This document shows, in pieces, positions 1-12,644 of a stretch of DNA of 64,000 nt. Location: contig MU055008.1 of the NCBI GenBank assembly GCA_013239625.1, positions 1,849,357 to 1,913,356 of the forward strand, given 5' to 3'. The notes under the pieces were generated by a model that had not been told where the DNA came from, searched no databases, and worked only from the letters and a program-made list of their open reading frames with translations. Source of the stretch: Lama guanicoe. Its lineage: Eukaryota. How positions within the stretch are numbered: position 1 is the stretch's first letter; every line of letters begins with the position of its first letter. A program made the translations under genes and the position numbers.

Positions 1-19
1 ATTCTTTCTTTTTTAAAGC

Positions 20-143
20 TTTTTTTGGGGTGGGGGAGGTAATTAAGTTTATTTATTTATTTAAATGGAGGCACTGGGGATGGAACCCAGGACCTTGTGC
101 ACGCTAAGCACGCACTCTGCCCCTGGGCTCCATCCTCCTCCCC
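20..143 (-). mobile_element. tRNA-Ala-derived SINE (camelid vic-1 type)
   Basis: Reverse complement has a tRNA-Ala(AGC)-like head (gcgtgcttagcgtgcacaaggtcctgggttccatccccagtgcctcca) followed by an AT-rich tail and 'ttaattacctcccc'. Confidence 0.85.
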
Positions 144-152
144 TGCATCACA

Positions 153-290
153 CGTTACTACAAGCCATTGAACATAGTTCCTCATGCTTACAGTAGGCCC
201 TTGTTGTTTACCTACTCCGCACACAATAGTTTGTATCTGCAAACCCCAGACTCCCAGTGTATCCCTGACCCCTCCCCTCCTCCCTGCTGT
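153..290 (-). mobile_element. L1 3'UTR fragment
   Basis: 'gttactacaagccattgaacatagttcc...gtaggcccttgttgttt' matches the other L1 3'UTR copies in this window. Confidence 0.75.
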
Positions 291-596
291 AAACGTGTGG
301 GGAAGGGGCTGGCTCATAGGCTGGACACCCCCTCTGCCTGAGCGCCTCCTTCCAACCCTCATCTTCCCTCAAAAGGTAAAGACCCTTTGGGCACAAAGAT
401 TGTGTTTGTTCTTGTTGCGAGCAACCCACAAAGGACAGTGAAGACACGCTGGTGGACAGCTTGGAAGGTAAAAGGAGGTCCCAGGGTTTTCAGGGGCAGC
501 TTGGAGCCAGAAGGCCCCTGGGCCCTGAGACAGGCTTCCCTCTTACTCTCCTCCCTTTCCTTCTCTCCATCAAAGGTTCCCACCTGTTCAGCCACA

Positions 597-612
597 CCCC
601 CCCCCCCCCCCC
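597..612. repeat. poly-C run
   Basis: Uninterrupted C homopolymer. Confidence 0.9.
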
Positions 613-1919
613 TCAACCACCCAGCCAGCTGTCCCCTCCCTCCCCTCCTCACTGCAGTTTGGGCTCAGGGCCTCCTCACGGGAACACAGGGCCCTGAACC
701 TCCCCTTTCACACCAGGTCTGTTCAGGGGGATGAAACGGCTGCACTGAGGGGTCGGGCAAGCTGAGGCCCCCCACCTGACGCCCTCTCCCAGCAGTCCCT
801 GCCGGCCCACCCTCCCTCCCTTGGGGCCCAGGCTCCCTGGCAGGTCTTGGGAGAGCCGTCGTATGACTACAAGCTCTGTTTAACGCACAGTGTAAAGAAG
901 ACAAGACATCAGTGCCAGGTTCCTTGACAACAGTCGCAGCTCTGCAGAAACGGGACACAGAGCAGGCCCTGCTCTGAGATTCCTGCATCGTCAAGGGCAC
1001 GTCCACTTGCCTGGACTGCTCTGCAGAGTCACAGGCCAGAGGCAAGTCGGGCCACAGCTTCGTCCCCAGTGCCACCCCTGTGTAGCCAGCATTCCCACGG
1101 CTGCTGCAGGGGGACCAGCCTGTGCTCAGTGGCGTGGAGCCAGGCCTGAGTGGCCTGAGTATCTGGGGGCAGACCCAAAGGTGATTACGAGGTGTCAGCT
1201 CTCCTTCTGAGGTGTGGCGGGTGGATTTTGCTGGTGGGCACGAGCCCTTCCCCCCTGCCCCTCCCGGGGCGTGAGGTGTGCCCAGGATGCCTGGCTTCTG
1301 TTTTGTTTAGGGCGAGGATGTTAAAGGCCAAGGGTGGCATTTACGGGGCGGTGTGAACCTTTCACCCTTCGGCTGAAGGGCAAGAAGAGGGAGCAGCTGT
1401 GCTCTGGCAGGAAGTGACACCTCCGGGCTGGCAGGGGAGGGTTTCGCCTGGCGGTTACTATGTCTTTGATGTCCACTGCCCTTTCCTCCCTCCCAGGTCA
1501 TCACATCACGGGACAGCCGGGTGGGCTCAGAGGGAGGCGGAGGCACGCATCCGTTTCCAGGAAAGCAGCCGCAGCGAAGGTCACACTCCAGGCAGTCTGA
1601 GCGGGGACCCGGGGCTCCTGAGCCCCTTCTGAGGGGCGCCTGCTCCGTGACCCGGGGTTTGGCTTCACACCTCATCTCCAGGCCTCAGTGGCCACTTTCA
1701 GTCTCTCTCGGTGAATCCCAGCCACGTGGCAACTTCAGCTGGAGTCCCACACTGGGGTCACCGCAGAGGGAAGGAATGGGGAACTATGTTCCTGTGCGGA
1801 GAGGGTGGAAAAAGAAATGTCCCAGATGCATTTAAAGAGTTAAGGAGCCTGATTGGAAACAGGGAATAGGGGAGTGTTGAAGAATCCTTATTTTTTTTTA
1901 ATTAAAAATATCTTAAAAA

Positions 1920-2170
1920 TGACATTTATCTTTTTTCTATTATAAAAGGGGAAATGTTTATTGTAAAAAATCTAGAAGTGACAGAAAAGCTTAAGGATGA
2001 AGATAAAAATCATCTTGATTCCCACCAGAAACTGACAACCAACCCTTATTCACGTGATGGTCTAGATTTGATTGACAGAAACACAGACACACATCTTTGC
2101 ACACAAACGAGATCACCCCACAAATACAGCGCATATCTTATTTTCATTTAAAATTCCATCCTCCGCCTTT
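1920..2170 (-). mobile_element. ancient L1ME-like 3' fragment
   Basis: AT-rich 'ttattgtaaaaaatctagaa...acagaaaagc...aaaatcatc...cccacc' typical of old L1ME 3' ends. Confidence 0.5.
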
Positions 2171-2489
2171 TTCCCAGTGTCCCTGAAAACATGAATTTTT
2201 TTTTAGCAGTTTAAGCAATAGTTTATTTTATTAAATCACACAGCGAGAAGCCCAGACACAGGCTCGATGACATCATTAAGTATCTCGATTCTCTCTTTTC
2301 CACTCTGCCAAGTCCTCCTCCCACCCCCACTTTTTGGGTGTAAACCTTTTTTTGGTTGCAATTATTGATAGAAAACATGAGTTTTTAACAGGTACCTACC
2401 ATTCTATGGAAAGGCTAAGCCATTTATTTAGAATATTTAACATAAATGAATGGAAATGAACAACTTTGTCTTACGAGACAGAATAAGAA

Positions 2490-2600
2490 ATGTGACCGTC
2501 TGGACTTCAGTTTTCCCCATCTCTAAAGTGGGATGATACGGCCTCAGTTCAGGTGGCTGGTAAGGCCTTTAATTAATGTTGAGGAAAAGCCTTGCAATTC
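2490..2600 (+). mobile_element. MIR fragment
   Basis: Core 'cttcagttttccccatctctaaagtgggatgata'. Confidence 0.6.
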
Positions 2601-4045
2601 ACGGGTAAAGGATTGCTACTTAAGATTCTGTGTAATTGTTCCGTAATTACTATAATTTGCTCATTATAGGCACTCGGCACATTGTAGGATAACAGAGAGG
2701 AATTTGTTTGGAAGTTCATCTGCATCTTGGTCTTATCTGAGCTGACGATGGAGGCTCCGAAGACCTGTGATTTCCTTCTGGACCGGAGAGACAGGATCAG
2801 CCAGGAGACGTCAATCCTAAATGGGCCGAGGTAACTGCTGATGCTGGCATGCCGCTGAGAGCAGGAGGAAGGACTCCTCACGGCGGCAGGTGGGGTGGAG
2901 TAGGGGGGTGAGGTAGCTCTGGGCTTCCTCCCTGCAAAGTGGCCTCTTACGGTTCCCCTTCACTGTCCTGACTTTGATCTCCTAGAAGATGTGGATAATT
3001 CACCACGATTTTCACTGTAAGCCTTTAGAGGCCAAAGGTACACTGGTTCATTCAGACTTTCTGCACATTTACCTAATGGCCCACAAGCTATGTCACGGCT
3101 GTGACTTTGGATGCTTCGGAAATTCTGAGCCATGACAAACTTGGGCTCTCAGTATCCCCATGAAATGGGAGGAAGAGGTGGAATAGAGCATTTAGTGACC
3201 AGTGAATTGAGCATACATTTGCCACAATTTGTAAACATGTTGAAAGCCCATCTCCCATGGGATTATGACCATATTTTCTGAACCTCAGATCAGGACATAT
3301 GGTCTGACCGAGGTCAGTTTTCCTGACTGCGAGGACGCTTATGTAAAAGACGAGGAGAGAGAATGTTTGCAGTGAGCACTGACCAGGGATGTCCAGGCTA
3401 CGTGGCCACCTTGCATTTGGGAGCAATGTCTACAGTCCTCGGCAATTCTCAACACTGTAGCTTGCTTTTCCGAATGTTCATGATCTTGCAGATTACTTGG
3501 TACCAATTTCAGAAGTACTGGAGGTCCTTAGGAGCAGTGATGACGATTTGACATGTTTCATTCCTAACACTGCTTTCCCCTTGGGTCTGGCTTCAGTGAC
3601 TTCAGTGACTTATCTAACTGATGTCAGGTAGAAGGGTGCATGTGTGAGAGAGGGAGAGGGTGGGGGGGCAGTGGGCTGTTGGGGAAGGGCTCATTAGACC
3701 ATTCTTGAGTCAACATCTAGTTCTGGGTTTCTGGGGACAGATATAAACCTGAGATAATTGAGAGGTTCAGATTGTTGGCTGATTCAGATTTGGGCTGGGA
3801 CTCACAGGCTACAGAAGATAAAAAAGGAACATCCTGCATAGACTGTTTCTACAGGCATCAAGTAGTGGCTCATTCCAAGGGTAGGGTGACCCCCTTAGAC
3901 TTATTGTTTCAAGTCCTTCAGTAAGCAAAGGAGGAGGTGGGTGGAGAGCAGCCACATCCTTCTTCTCCAACTGAGATAAAATAATAGACCTATTGTCCCC
4001 AGAGCACAAGGTTACCTGGTTCTGAGCAAACCAAAATGCTGCTTC

Positions 4046-4540
4046 TTCTTTTTTATTTTTTAACTATTGAAGTACAGTCAGTTTACAGTGTTGTGTCAAT
4101 TTCTGGTGTACAGCATAATAGTTCAGTCATATATACACATACATATATTCATTTTTATATTCTTTTTCATTATAGGTTACTACAAGATATTGAATATAGT
4201 TCCCTGTGCTATACAGAAGAAACTTGTTTATCTATTTTATATATAGTAGTTAGTATCTGCAAATCTCAAACTTCTAATTTATCCCTTCCCACCCCCTTCT
4301 CCCACTGGTAACCATAAGTTTGTTTCCTATGTCTGTGAGTCTGTTTCTGTTTTGTAAATAAGTTCATTTGTATCATATTTTAGATTCCACATATAAGTGA
4401 CATCATATGGTATTTGTCTTTGTCTGAGTTACTTCACTTAGTGCGATAATCTCCAGGTCCATACATATTGCTGCAAATGGCATTATTTCACTCTTTTTCA
4501 TGGCTGAGTAATACTCCGTTGTATATACATACCACAACTT
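4046..4540 (-). mobile_element. L1 3' end (5'-truncated)
   Basis: T-rich tail, L1 3'UTR and ORF2 end ('ttccacatataagtgacatcatatggtatttgtc', 'tggctgagtaatactcc'). Confidence 0.92.
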
Positions 4541-6669
4541 CTGGAAAGAGTATTTTTAAACTGGATAAACGTAACTTCCTTGAGTAGCTTCTAATGTGTG
4601 TCTTGGAGGACTTCTGCAGGGGATTTTGCTGGTCAGGTGGGAGGTGGTGGTGGAAGGGCGGGGAAGAGCTGAGAAACCTTTTCAAGAAAGTCTTGAAGCC
4701 AGCCTTTGAGAACTCAATAAGCTGTACAGAGAGCTGACATGGTGGGTTAGGAGCATGCTCAGGGCCAGCGATCCTGGCCCCTTCAACTTGTTATTATCTT
4801 TGTTTGGATGTTGGCACTGGCGTCACCCCCTAGTTAGAGAGTCATCACCACTGTCACATTAGTCATCACACTGCCTGCACTATACTTAGCGACCTCCTGT
4901 CTGCTCACAGCCACAGCCCTTCGTGTGCTTTCATTTCTTCCCATAGCCTTCTTGGGAGTGGTGTGTCCACTGGATAAGCTCTCTCGTGATCAGTTCATTT
5001 CCCACACAAAAGAAAACCAGTGGTGCCCTCTTCCACGTGAGAGGACCTTTCAGCAAAGCCCAGGTGCTGGCTCACGGGTATTTTTTTAAACCAAGAATGG
5101 AGGTGACTCCTTGGTCCAGTGGATCCAAACATGGAAACTCTCTTGTCCAACTCTTCGTTTTGATCGCCCTTCTGCTACCCTGCGCAGGGAGGTTTAGGTC
5201 CAGGAACCCTGGTTATCTCAAAGGTTCACTGTCGCACGACAGGGTCCTGCCATGGCGTGAAAGGTTCATTTTAGCAGGATTTTTTTTTTTTTTGGTGGAT
5301 GTCCATAAAAGTGGCTCTGGAGAACCCAGGTGAGAGGGTGCAGGTGGGTTTAGAAAACTGATTAGTCTCCAAAAATGGGATCCAGTGAACCTGAGAGGGA
5401 CCAGAGGCCCTGAGGAAGGAGCTTATTCCAAACATTAGAAGAAAACAAAAGCTGTGGCTTGACTCTGAGTCTGTGTGATTCACCAACGGACACGCCAGTC
5501 GGAGAGTAAGCTGACAACCTCCGGGTGCGGAGCAAGAAAGGAAGTGGTTTTAACCAGGCAACCCTAACCCAGAGAAGGTGGAAAATTTCATTCCAGGAGG
5601 AAAATGGACTTTGTGACATTCACTGGACTCCAGCAGCTCAGAAACGCCAGCGGCTCTGAGTAAACCTCACTTACTAATATCGTAAGATGACTTCAGCCCA
5701 AGGGTGTTCACAGTAAACTTTCCAGGAAAGCAAAAACCAGCCCAGTGGGCAGGCTGCTCACTTCTCCTTTGTTTGTACGTTGGCGACCGCTCACGAGATT
5801 TCTATTGCGGCTGGTGTGCCCACCCCGGGTAGCCAGGAAATGCAGCTCTCTGGGTGTTAGTCATCTCGTTGGAAGCTTTGTTTTCGTGGAAAGCATGGCG
5901 TGGCGACCTAGCAGGTTGACGCGAGGGCCAGACCCCCCAGCCCCTTGAAGTTGGTCTCCGGGACGTTTGGTGACAGTGCGTCAGCGGATGCAGGAGTGGA
6001 GAGCACTGGCCTCCCCCGCCACGGAGACAGGATGTGACCCAGGGCCCACTTGGAAGGTCAGAGAAGAGGGGTTGATGTTTCCCCTTTTGTTAAAAGTATT
6101 TAAAACTACGAAACGATAGTGAAGTTAGAGACAGAAATGAAGAAACTCCAGAGCCACCCCCTTGATGTATGACATTTTCACGTAAAAACATTCACTTCTG
6201 TGAGTTTTAGAACACCCTCAGGAATGGGCGCACGTGCTTTTTTGCACAGGGAACCCTCAGAATGAGTGAGGTCATGGCTCTTTCTGAAACTTATGACACA
6301 AAAGCCATGCCCTTTCTTAACCCTCCTGGGTCTGTCTGCCTGCTGTGTGTCCCTAGGGATAAGGTAGGGACAGAAGTCTGTAAACAGGCCAGGGCAGGTG
6401 ACAGTGGGGCAACTGTCACGGCCCCAGAGCAACACCCCTTCCTTTCATCTGGTGGGTTCACCTGCATCCAGGAAGTCGCCCACCTCACCGCCCCACTCGG
6501 TTCATCCTGCTTCTTGTCACCACTTTCAGTGACAAATGGCTGCTTCTGAAGGATCATGAAAACTGTCTCCTGATGGGTGTGCCCTTCGAAGCATCCTGCA
6601 TCCCCACGTACACACGTCCTGCAGACGCGTCCTGAGTTGGAAGGGGAGATGCCACGGGAAGGATGTCAA

Positions 6670-6720
6670 TGTGAGTGTGAGTGTGTGTATGAGTGTGTGT
6701 ATGTGTGTGTACATGTGTGC
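6670..6720. repeat. imperfect (TG)n microsatellite
   Basis: tgtgagtgtgagtgtgtgtatgagtgtgtgtatgtgtgtg. Confidence 0.85.
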
Positions 6721-7200
6721 TGCGTGGTTGCAGCAGGCAGGTCTCGTGAGCCCAACCCTGAAGGCGACGCCCAGAGCAGCCATTCCCAGAACGCTCCGAG
6801 GGGCAGAAGCCTCACCGCTGCTCCGGGTGAGCCCCGAGGGGGCCCCTTCCCGCGGATGGACCGCTTCTGCTGGCAGCTTTGCTCTCAGCCGTGCGTCGGG
6901 CTGCCTCGCGGGCACGTCTTATAAAGGGAATGGTTTGCTTTGCCTGAAACCGAGTCTGGGGAAGCGGGGAGTGACAGCTCCCCGGAGAGGAGCGGTTCCC
7001 TGCGGGCCCCGTGAGCGCCTCCACACCTGTCCCCCTGGGAGTCTGTCTGTAGAGCAGCCCCCAGGAAGAGCCCGCGAGCGCTGCCGTGAGAACATCTGGA
7101 CTCTCGGGAGAGGACCCTCTGTCCGGGGGCGCGTCCGGCTGAGCTGATGCGCTGAAGCAGGTGGGCTCCCGGCAGTGGTGGTCTGCTGATGCACCCGCAG
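6721..7200 (+). promoter_or_regulatory. CpG-island-like segment with TATA-like box (candidate promoter)
   Basis: About 37 CpG in 480 bp by hand count; TATAAAG at 6920-6926 preceded by BRE-like GCACGTC at 6912-6918; no repeat recognised here. Confidence 0.4.
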
Positions 7201-7224
7201 AGTCAGAGCTCTGAGAGCAGAAAG

Positions 7225-7250
7225 CATCCATCCATCCATCCATCCATTCA
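7225..7250. repeat. (CCAT)n microsatellite
   Basis: catccatccatccatccatccattca. Confidence 0.9.
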
Positions 7251-9707
7251 TTATTTTATTCAGGAAACTAGTGGAGGAGATATTTTGAATAACATCCAAA
7301 ACATTTAAAATGAATAGTACACCTTTGGTGGGAGTGTGGGGGGAGGTGCTGGCGACAGTGGTAGAGGGTGGGACACAGCCTCGTGAGCTGCTCTCTGGAG
7401 CCTGGGTGCACCCTGGAAGTGAGGGGAGTAAGGATGCAGAGCGGGGGAGTGACTGGCAGGGGGGATGTCGGCTGGGAGGCCAGGCGGCCAGGTGGGCGCT
7501 GGTGCAACGTGACCCTGAGCTTGGGGAGGAGACCCGGCTTCAGGGACCCGTAGGGGGTCAGATTCTGTCTGTCGAGGCAGGAAGAGGACACGCGCCAGGA
7601 ATCAGGGGACAGGAGCCAGCTTGGGGCGGCTCTCCATCTTCACACAATCCCTTCAGGGCCCCTGAGGGTGAGCTTCTGGGTCTGAATATTCCGAAATTTC
7701 TATTCTGGGGGTCTGTGGGGCTGGCCCCTCAGTTCTCTTTTCCCATCTTGGGAGTTCCAGTTCGATCGGGGCCACGCGATTTTATTGACATAATTTACAT
7801 GCTTCTGGGGCAGCAAGAACTGCTGGAACCTTCCCAGCACGGCGTCGTTTGTGCAGAGGAGCCCGCCTGTGGGCATTTCAGGTGACTCCACTTCCTTTCC
7901 GACTCCCTGCCTCCCACCCCCAAGCAGCGCGGAAGCTCCAAAAAGCAAATCTGTTTTCCCCAGTGGGAGGGTGACCGGGGCTTGCAGGATGGGGACAGGA
8001 CATGCAGATAGCACTCTGCACCCAGGTGGAGGTCACCCGCCAGGCCGTCCGCGTCCCCAGGTGAGGCTTTGGGCTGCAGGGGCTGCATTTTCAGGCCACC
8101 CATCTGGGCCGGCCAGGTGGGAAGCGAGCAAGGCCTGGAGGCGCTGGGGAAGGTCGGGCAGCTGCGTTCTGAGAGGTCACACCTGCCCGCGCGAACGGCT
8201 GCCCTGATCTTCAGATGCCAACAGGCAACAGCATGGCTGGGGTGGGAAAGAAAGGCCCAGAAGTCCCTTCCCTGAGAGCCTGTCGCCACCCCTCCCACAC
8301 TTTGACCTCCCGAGACGTCTACTGCCCAGACCAGGGCCAGTCTTTGGAAAATAAGCGTCCCTTGTGAGGGCAACACCTCGTGAAGGCCGTTAGGGCTTTG
8401 GCATTTGTTGACTGAGGAAAGGTGTTGGCTGTCAAAATTCGTTATAAAGGTATTGATTGTTATAAATTCGTAACCCTTTCAAGGAATTTGGGCTTTGCCC
8501 ATCCTACAAGCACTGACATATGATTGAAAAACAGTTCATCGTACGTGTTGAGCTTTCAGACGATGCTTGATGGACGTCTGGATCTGTATTTTGTCCTCAT
8601 TCTGTGCTTTCCAAGCCCAGGCCTGTGGTTTGCTCAGGATGGGAGGTGTGTAGGCTACTCAGTGAGCCCACTGTGTTCCTGGATTTCACGTTGGGTGAAT
8701 GTATGTCTCGTTTTCCTGGCGGAGTTTTAAGGCCTCTTGAGGGGCAGGGAAGATGCCTGGGCGTGGGCGCCCTGTGTCGCGAGGCTGCAAAATGCATAGC
8801 AGGACCAGAAGGGCTGGATCCTGAGATCAAGTGTTTTGGGAAAAACAAATCTCTGCTGAAAACCTACGTTGTGGTTGCCCAGGGAGAAACAGTCATTTAG
8901 GACACAGAGGTGGACGTGAATAAGGACACCCAGAGGCACACTTTATTAAGGAAAAAACAGGCAGGGCCCGGAAAACGGTTAGAGCTTGAAATCCCGTCCT
9001 GGAGCCCAGGGATAGAGGAGAGAGCCAACTGTGTTAGAATATTCTAGAATGAAAAAACGGAAACTCAGCCTTTATAGAGCAGAAGATGTGCAGAGACTGG
9101 GGAGGGGTGCAGGAGTGGGGTGGGGGCAGCAGCACCTGAAAACAAAAGGGGCAGAGAGGCGGGGAAGAGAAGGTAAGAGGAGGTTTCCACCCGCTCAGCG
9201 CAGCGCCCAGGCTGGACGGTGCTGGCAGAGTCAGGGCCTCCTCAGAGAGGCCTGAGTGATCGCGAGAGCTACTCCTCTCAGAATATTCTTCTCCAAAGAA
9301 GACAGTTACTTGGCTCACTATTGCTTAGAATCCTAAAGTTCTCTTGCGCATGTTAGGTCGGTTCTGTAGTTCTTGCATTCTGGGGACTGTGACAGCTTTG
9401 GAAGTGTCACAGCGTGCCCGTGGACCCCTGACCTCAGAGCTGGCCCCTCCCCTGCCGTCCAGGGCCTGTGGCTTTTCTAAGTGGAAAGTGCACGGTGGTG
9501 CGGGAGGAGGACCAGCCCAGAAGTCGGAGCCATCATGATGCATCCTGGCTCTGTGCGGGAACCTTGGGCGTTACCCTCACCCCCGGGCCTTCAGGGTGGG
9601 GCTTGATTTCCTCTGAAGCCCCTCTCGGGACAGGTGTCTATTCTATTCTAGAAAGCACCTCTGAACAACAATTTCTCCAGCTTGTAGGAGCGGGGATCAG
9701 GCAATGT

Positions 9708-9880
9708 GGGCTCCAGCTCCAACTCTGTCCTGATCAGCTGTGTGACTTTGGGCAAGGGGCTTAACCTCTCTGGGCCCCTTTTATTCTCATCTGTGAAATT
9801 TGGTTAATGGTAGTTTTTTTTTTTAAATCTCCAACTTTGTTGAAAGGATTAAGTGCTCAGTGAGTGATGTGAGCTGTGTG
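9708..9880 (+). mobile_element. MIR
   Basis: 'agctgtgtgactttgggcaaggggcttaacctctctggg...ctcatctgtgaaat' MIR core. Confidence 0.8.
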
Positions 9881-9969
9881 GTTAGATTTACTCCAGTGTA
9901 AAGTGGTACCAGGAGTTATGCTGAAGCCTCTCTTGGGATCTGAGGTGGTTATGTGATTGGTCAAAGGGG

Positions 9970-10155
9970 ACAACAAGGGACCTACTGAATAGCACAGGGA
10001 ACTATATTCAATTTCTTGTAATAACATATAATGGAAAAGAATCTGAAAAGAAAAAATGTATATGTATGTATATGTGTAACTGACTCGCTTTGCTGTGCAC
10101 CTGAAACTAACATTGTAAATCAACTACACATCAATAAAATATAAAGATTTAAAAC
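9970..10155 (+). mobile_element. L1 extreme 3' end
   Basis: 'acaagggacctactgaatagcacagggaactatattcaat...ctgaaactaacattgtaaatcaactacacatcaataaaa'. Confidence 0.9.
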
Positions 10156-10289
10156 ACAAAAGGAGGACCCATTCCAAAGGGAAAGAGGCAGCAGGTGAAT
10201 GTATGTGCAGAAATGCCCCAGGGTTCAACGAAATGCAGCAAGATCTTCCAAAATTCCACGTTCCAGCAGAACAGTTCATCGGGTTCTCA

Positions 10290-10438
10290 GGCTCAAGTTC
10301 TCTGCAGAATCCCCTGCAGGGCTTTAAAACCCAAGTTTCAGTTTCTGATTCAGAAGGTCTGGAGTGAGTTTGCATTTCTGACAAGCTCCCAGGTGCTGCT
10401 GCTGGAGCTGGGTGGGAAACACATTTTGAGAACCACTG
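10290..10438. mobile_element. MER5-type hAT-Charlie MITE
   Basis: 'tttctgattcagaaggtctgg...ttgcatttctgacaagctcccaggtgctgctg...tttgagaaccactg'. Confidence 0.8.
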
Positions 10439-11404
10439 AATTAAGGCTCATATCCTGTTATTTATTTATTTTTTTCCCTTTAAATTTGAGTGACGCTGAG
10501 ATCCCATGTAAAGGAGGAAAAATTGTGAGTTCTCTCATTCATAAAGCACTGAGCTGGTCTCATTCTATGACTCTATCTTTCAGCTGTGAATTTGCATCTG
10601 GAGAACTCTTGTTTTACACTCCTATTGTCAGCGAAACATTCTCTTGGAAAAGACGCAACCCGTAGAATCCAGCCTCAGAAACATTAGTCCACACCAGAAA
10701 CATCCTGAGTTCTTCACCTACTGTTAAGAGTAATGAGGAAGTAAGGATGGGAGCGGGGCTGGAAGGCGCTGGATTTGAACCTTGAGTCCTCTCCTCACCA
10801 AGTGGCTGTGGGCTGTGGGGACCTCAGTGCTTAGGTGTGAGGCCCTGTGCGGTTGTGTGTCTACATGAGGCTCTGAATCTTGTCAGCTGGGCGATACAGA
10901 AGGCCAGCTCAGCCTGGCAGGGTTCTCGGCTGAGGAAGGAGCAGGTGAGAAACTGGACAGGGCGGGCTGGGAGGCGCCAGGGCCCTGGGGTGAGCTTTCC
11001 TGTAGTTGGATGCTGCTGGCTAGCTCCTCAATTTAGCTTGGGTTAAAAAAAGAAGAACATTTCAAGCTCAAAGTGAGTCAAGAGTTCGCCAGGGTCAGCT
11101 GGCCATGCCATGGTGTTTCACTGCTCAGATTCACTCAGTATTCTTTTTTTTTCTGATCAGGGTCACTCACCGAAGGGTAGAATGGTCCCCTGGATACTCC
11201 ATACTTTCAACCTTGAATCTCGTCCACAGGCCGACTGGTGTGTCTTCTGAGTGATCTGCTGTGCATCCTGTTCTGCGGGGTTCTCCTTCGTGCAGAGCCC
11301 TGTGTTGGGGAGCTGCCACCTGCTCTCACCCACCTCCTTTCTGTCCCGGGTGCACATTTCGGCTGTCATGTGACTCATTCTGCCCAGCGACGAGCCTGAT
11401 GGTC

Positions 11405-12012
11405 GTGATGCAGGAAAATGTGGGGCGAGAGGAAGGCCGTGTCCCAGGTCCCAGGTGAGTCCCTGGAAGGCGCCTCACCTAGTGAGGGTCCTTGGCTTCA
11501 GGCAGGAAAGAATCCAAGAGCAAGGCATAGTAGAGTGAAGGCAGATTTATTCGGAGAGAGCCACACTCCATAGACAGAGCGTGGGCCGTCGCACTCAGAA
11601 GGGAGCGCTGCCACGAGGCGCGGGCTGTTCATTTTTATGGGCTCAGCAACTTCATCCGCTAACAAGTGGGAGGATCAGCCCAGCTGCTTTGGGGAAGGGG
11701 CGGAGGTTCCCAGGAACTGGGCCACCCTCACTTTCTGCCTTTTATGCTCAGCCGGGACCTGTCCTGGCACCGGTGGGAGGGCCGTTCAGCAGCTCTTGTG
11801 TTACAGCGAGCGGATAACGAAGCCCAGGCCCGCTGGGAGAGGACTGTCCCGCCGTGTCGGTGCGACTGCTGGGACAGCCTTTCAGCGGCTGTGGCCGCCC
11901 CTCCCCTCCTGTCCCAGCTGCGCGCTGCGCAGAGCGGTGTGGAGCCCTCACTGCTGTTGTCGCCACTGGCCGTTCCGGGCCAGCCCCTCCTTCCGGGTGT
12001 GTCCTACCCTCA
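11405..12012 (-). mobile_element. ERV1-class solo LTR (CpG-rich)
   Basis: 'gggtccttggcttcaggcaggaaagaatccaagagc...gtgaaggcagatttatt' typical of ERV1 LTRs read antisense; ends 'cctaccctca'. Confidence 0.65.
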
Positions 12013-12034
12013 TTTCAACGTCCAGTGGGAAAAC

Positions 12035-12390
12035 TGTGGCTGAGGGTGAACCCACTTGCCCAGCGCCGTGAAGCCCAGAAGCCCAGCCAGGACTGCTGCC
12101 TTGGAGAGCCATCTAACCTGGGAGGCCGTCTGCTCAGAAACTCAGCTGGAAGGCGAGTTTCCTGACCTGCTGTACAAGGCAGGCTCTGAGGCGCGAGGGC
12201 GGTGGGTGCTACAGAGCCGTGTCTTCCCAGCATATGCAGACCCCAGGAAGCAGGGCGGGGTGCCCCGAGGACGGCCTCAGTCCCTCATCCCACCCTTCTC
12301 TTCCCCTATCCATGCCCTGTAGAAATTTGGGAGTTTCTGTCGTGTCTGAATATGTGGGAAAAATTGGGGGGTCACCCATGTTCTGCCTCA
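12035..12390 (-). mobile_element. second ERV1-like LTR fragment
   Basis: Ends 'ttctgcctca' (TGAGGCAG LTR start on the minus strand); interior resembles ERV1 LTRs. Confidence 0.45.
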
Positions 12391-12644
12391 CCAAGAGCTC
12401 TGTAGCTGTGGGAAGGGATGGGGTGTTACACACACGGAAGGCTCTCGGCTCTTTGTATGGAATGTGGAACGCTTGTGCTAAAAGCGCTGAGAGGTGAGGG
12501 CGCAGGGACCCAGGCCGCCCTTCCCCAGCCTTCCTGGTGATGGAGTGGCTCGTCTCCGCCAGGGCCTGGGATGCCAACCGGATGCCCCTCTGCATGGTCT
12601 TCTCCAGCTGCTTGTTTTAAGGAGAGGCATGGCGGAGGGCAGGG

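Noticed and set aside
7310-8376. Long overlapping ORFs (191 and 193 aa) near the CpG-rich region
   Set aside because: Low-complexity G/P/R/S-rich translations on both strands with no recognisable protein
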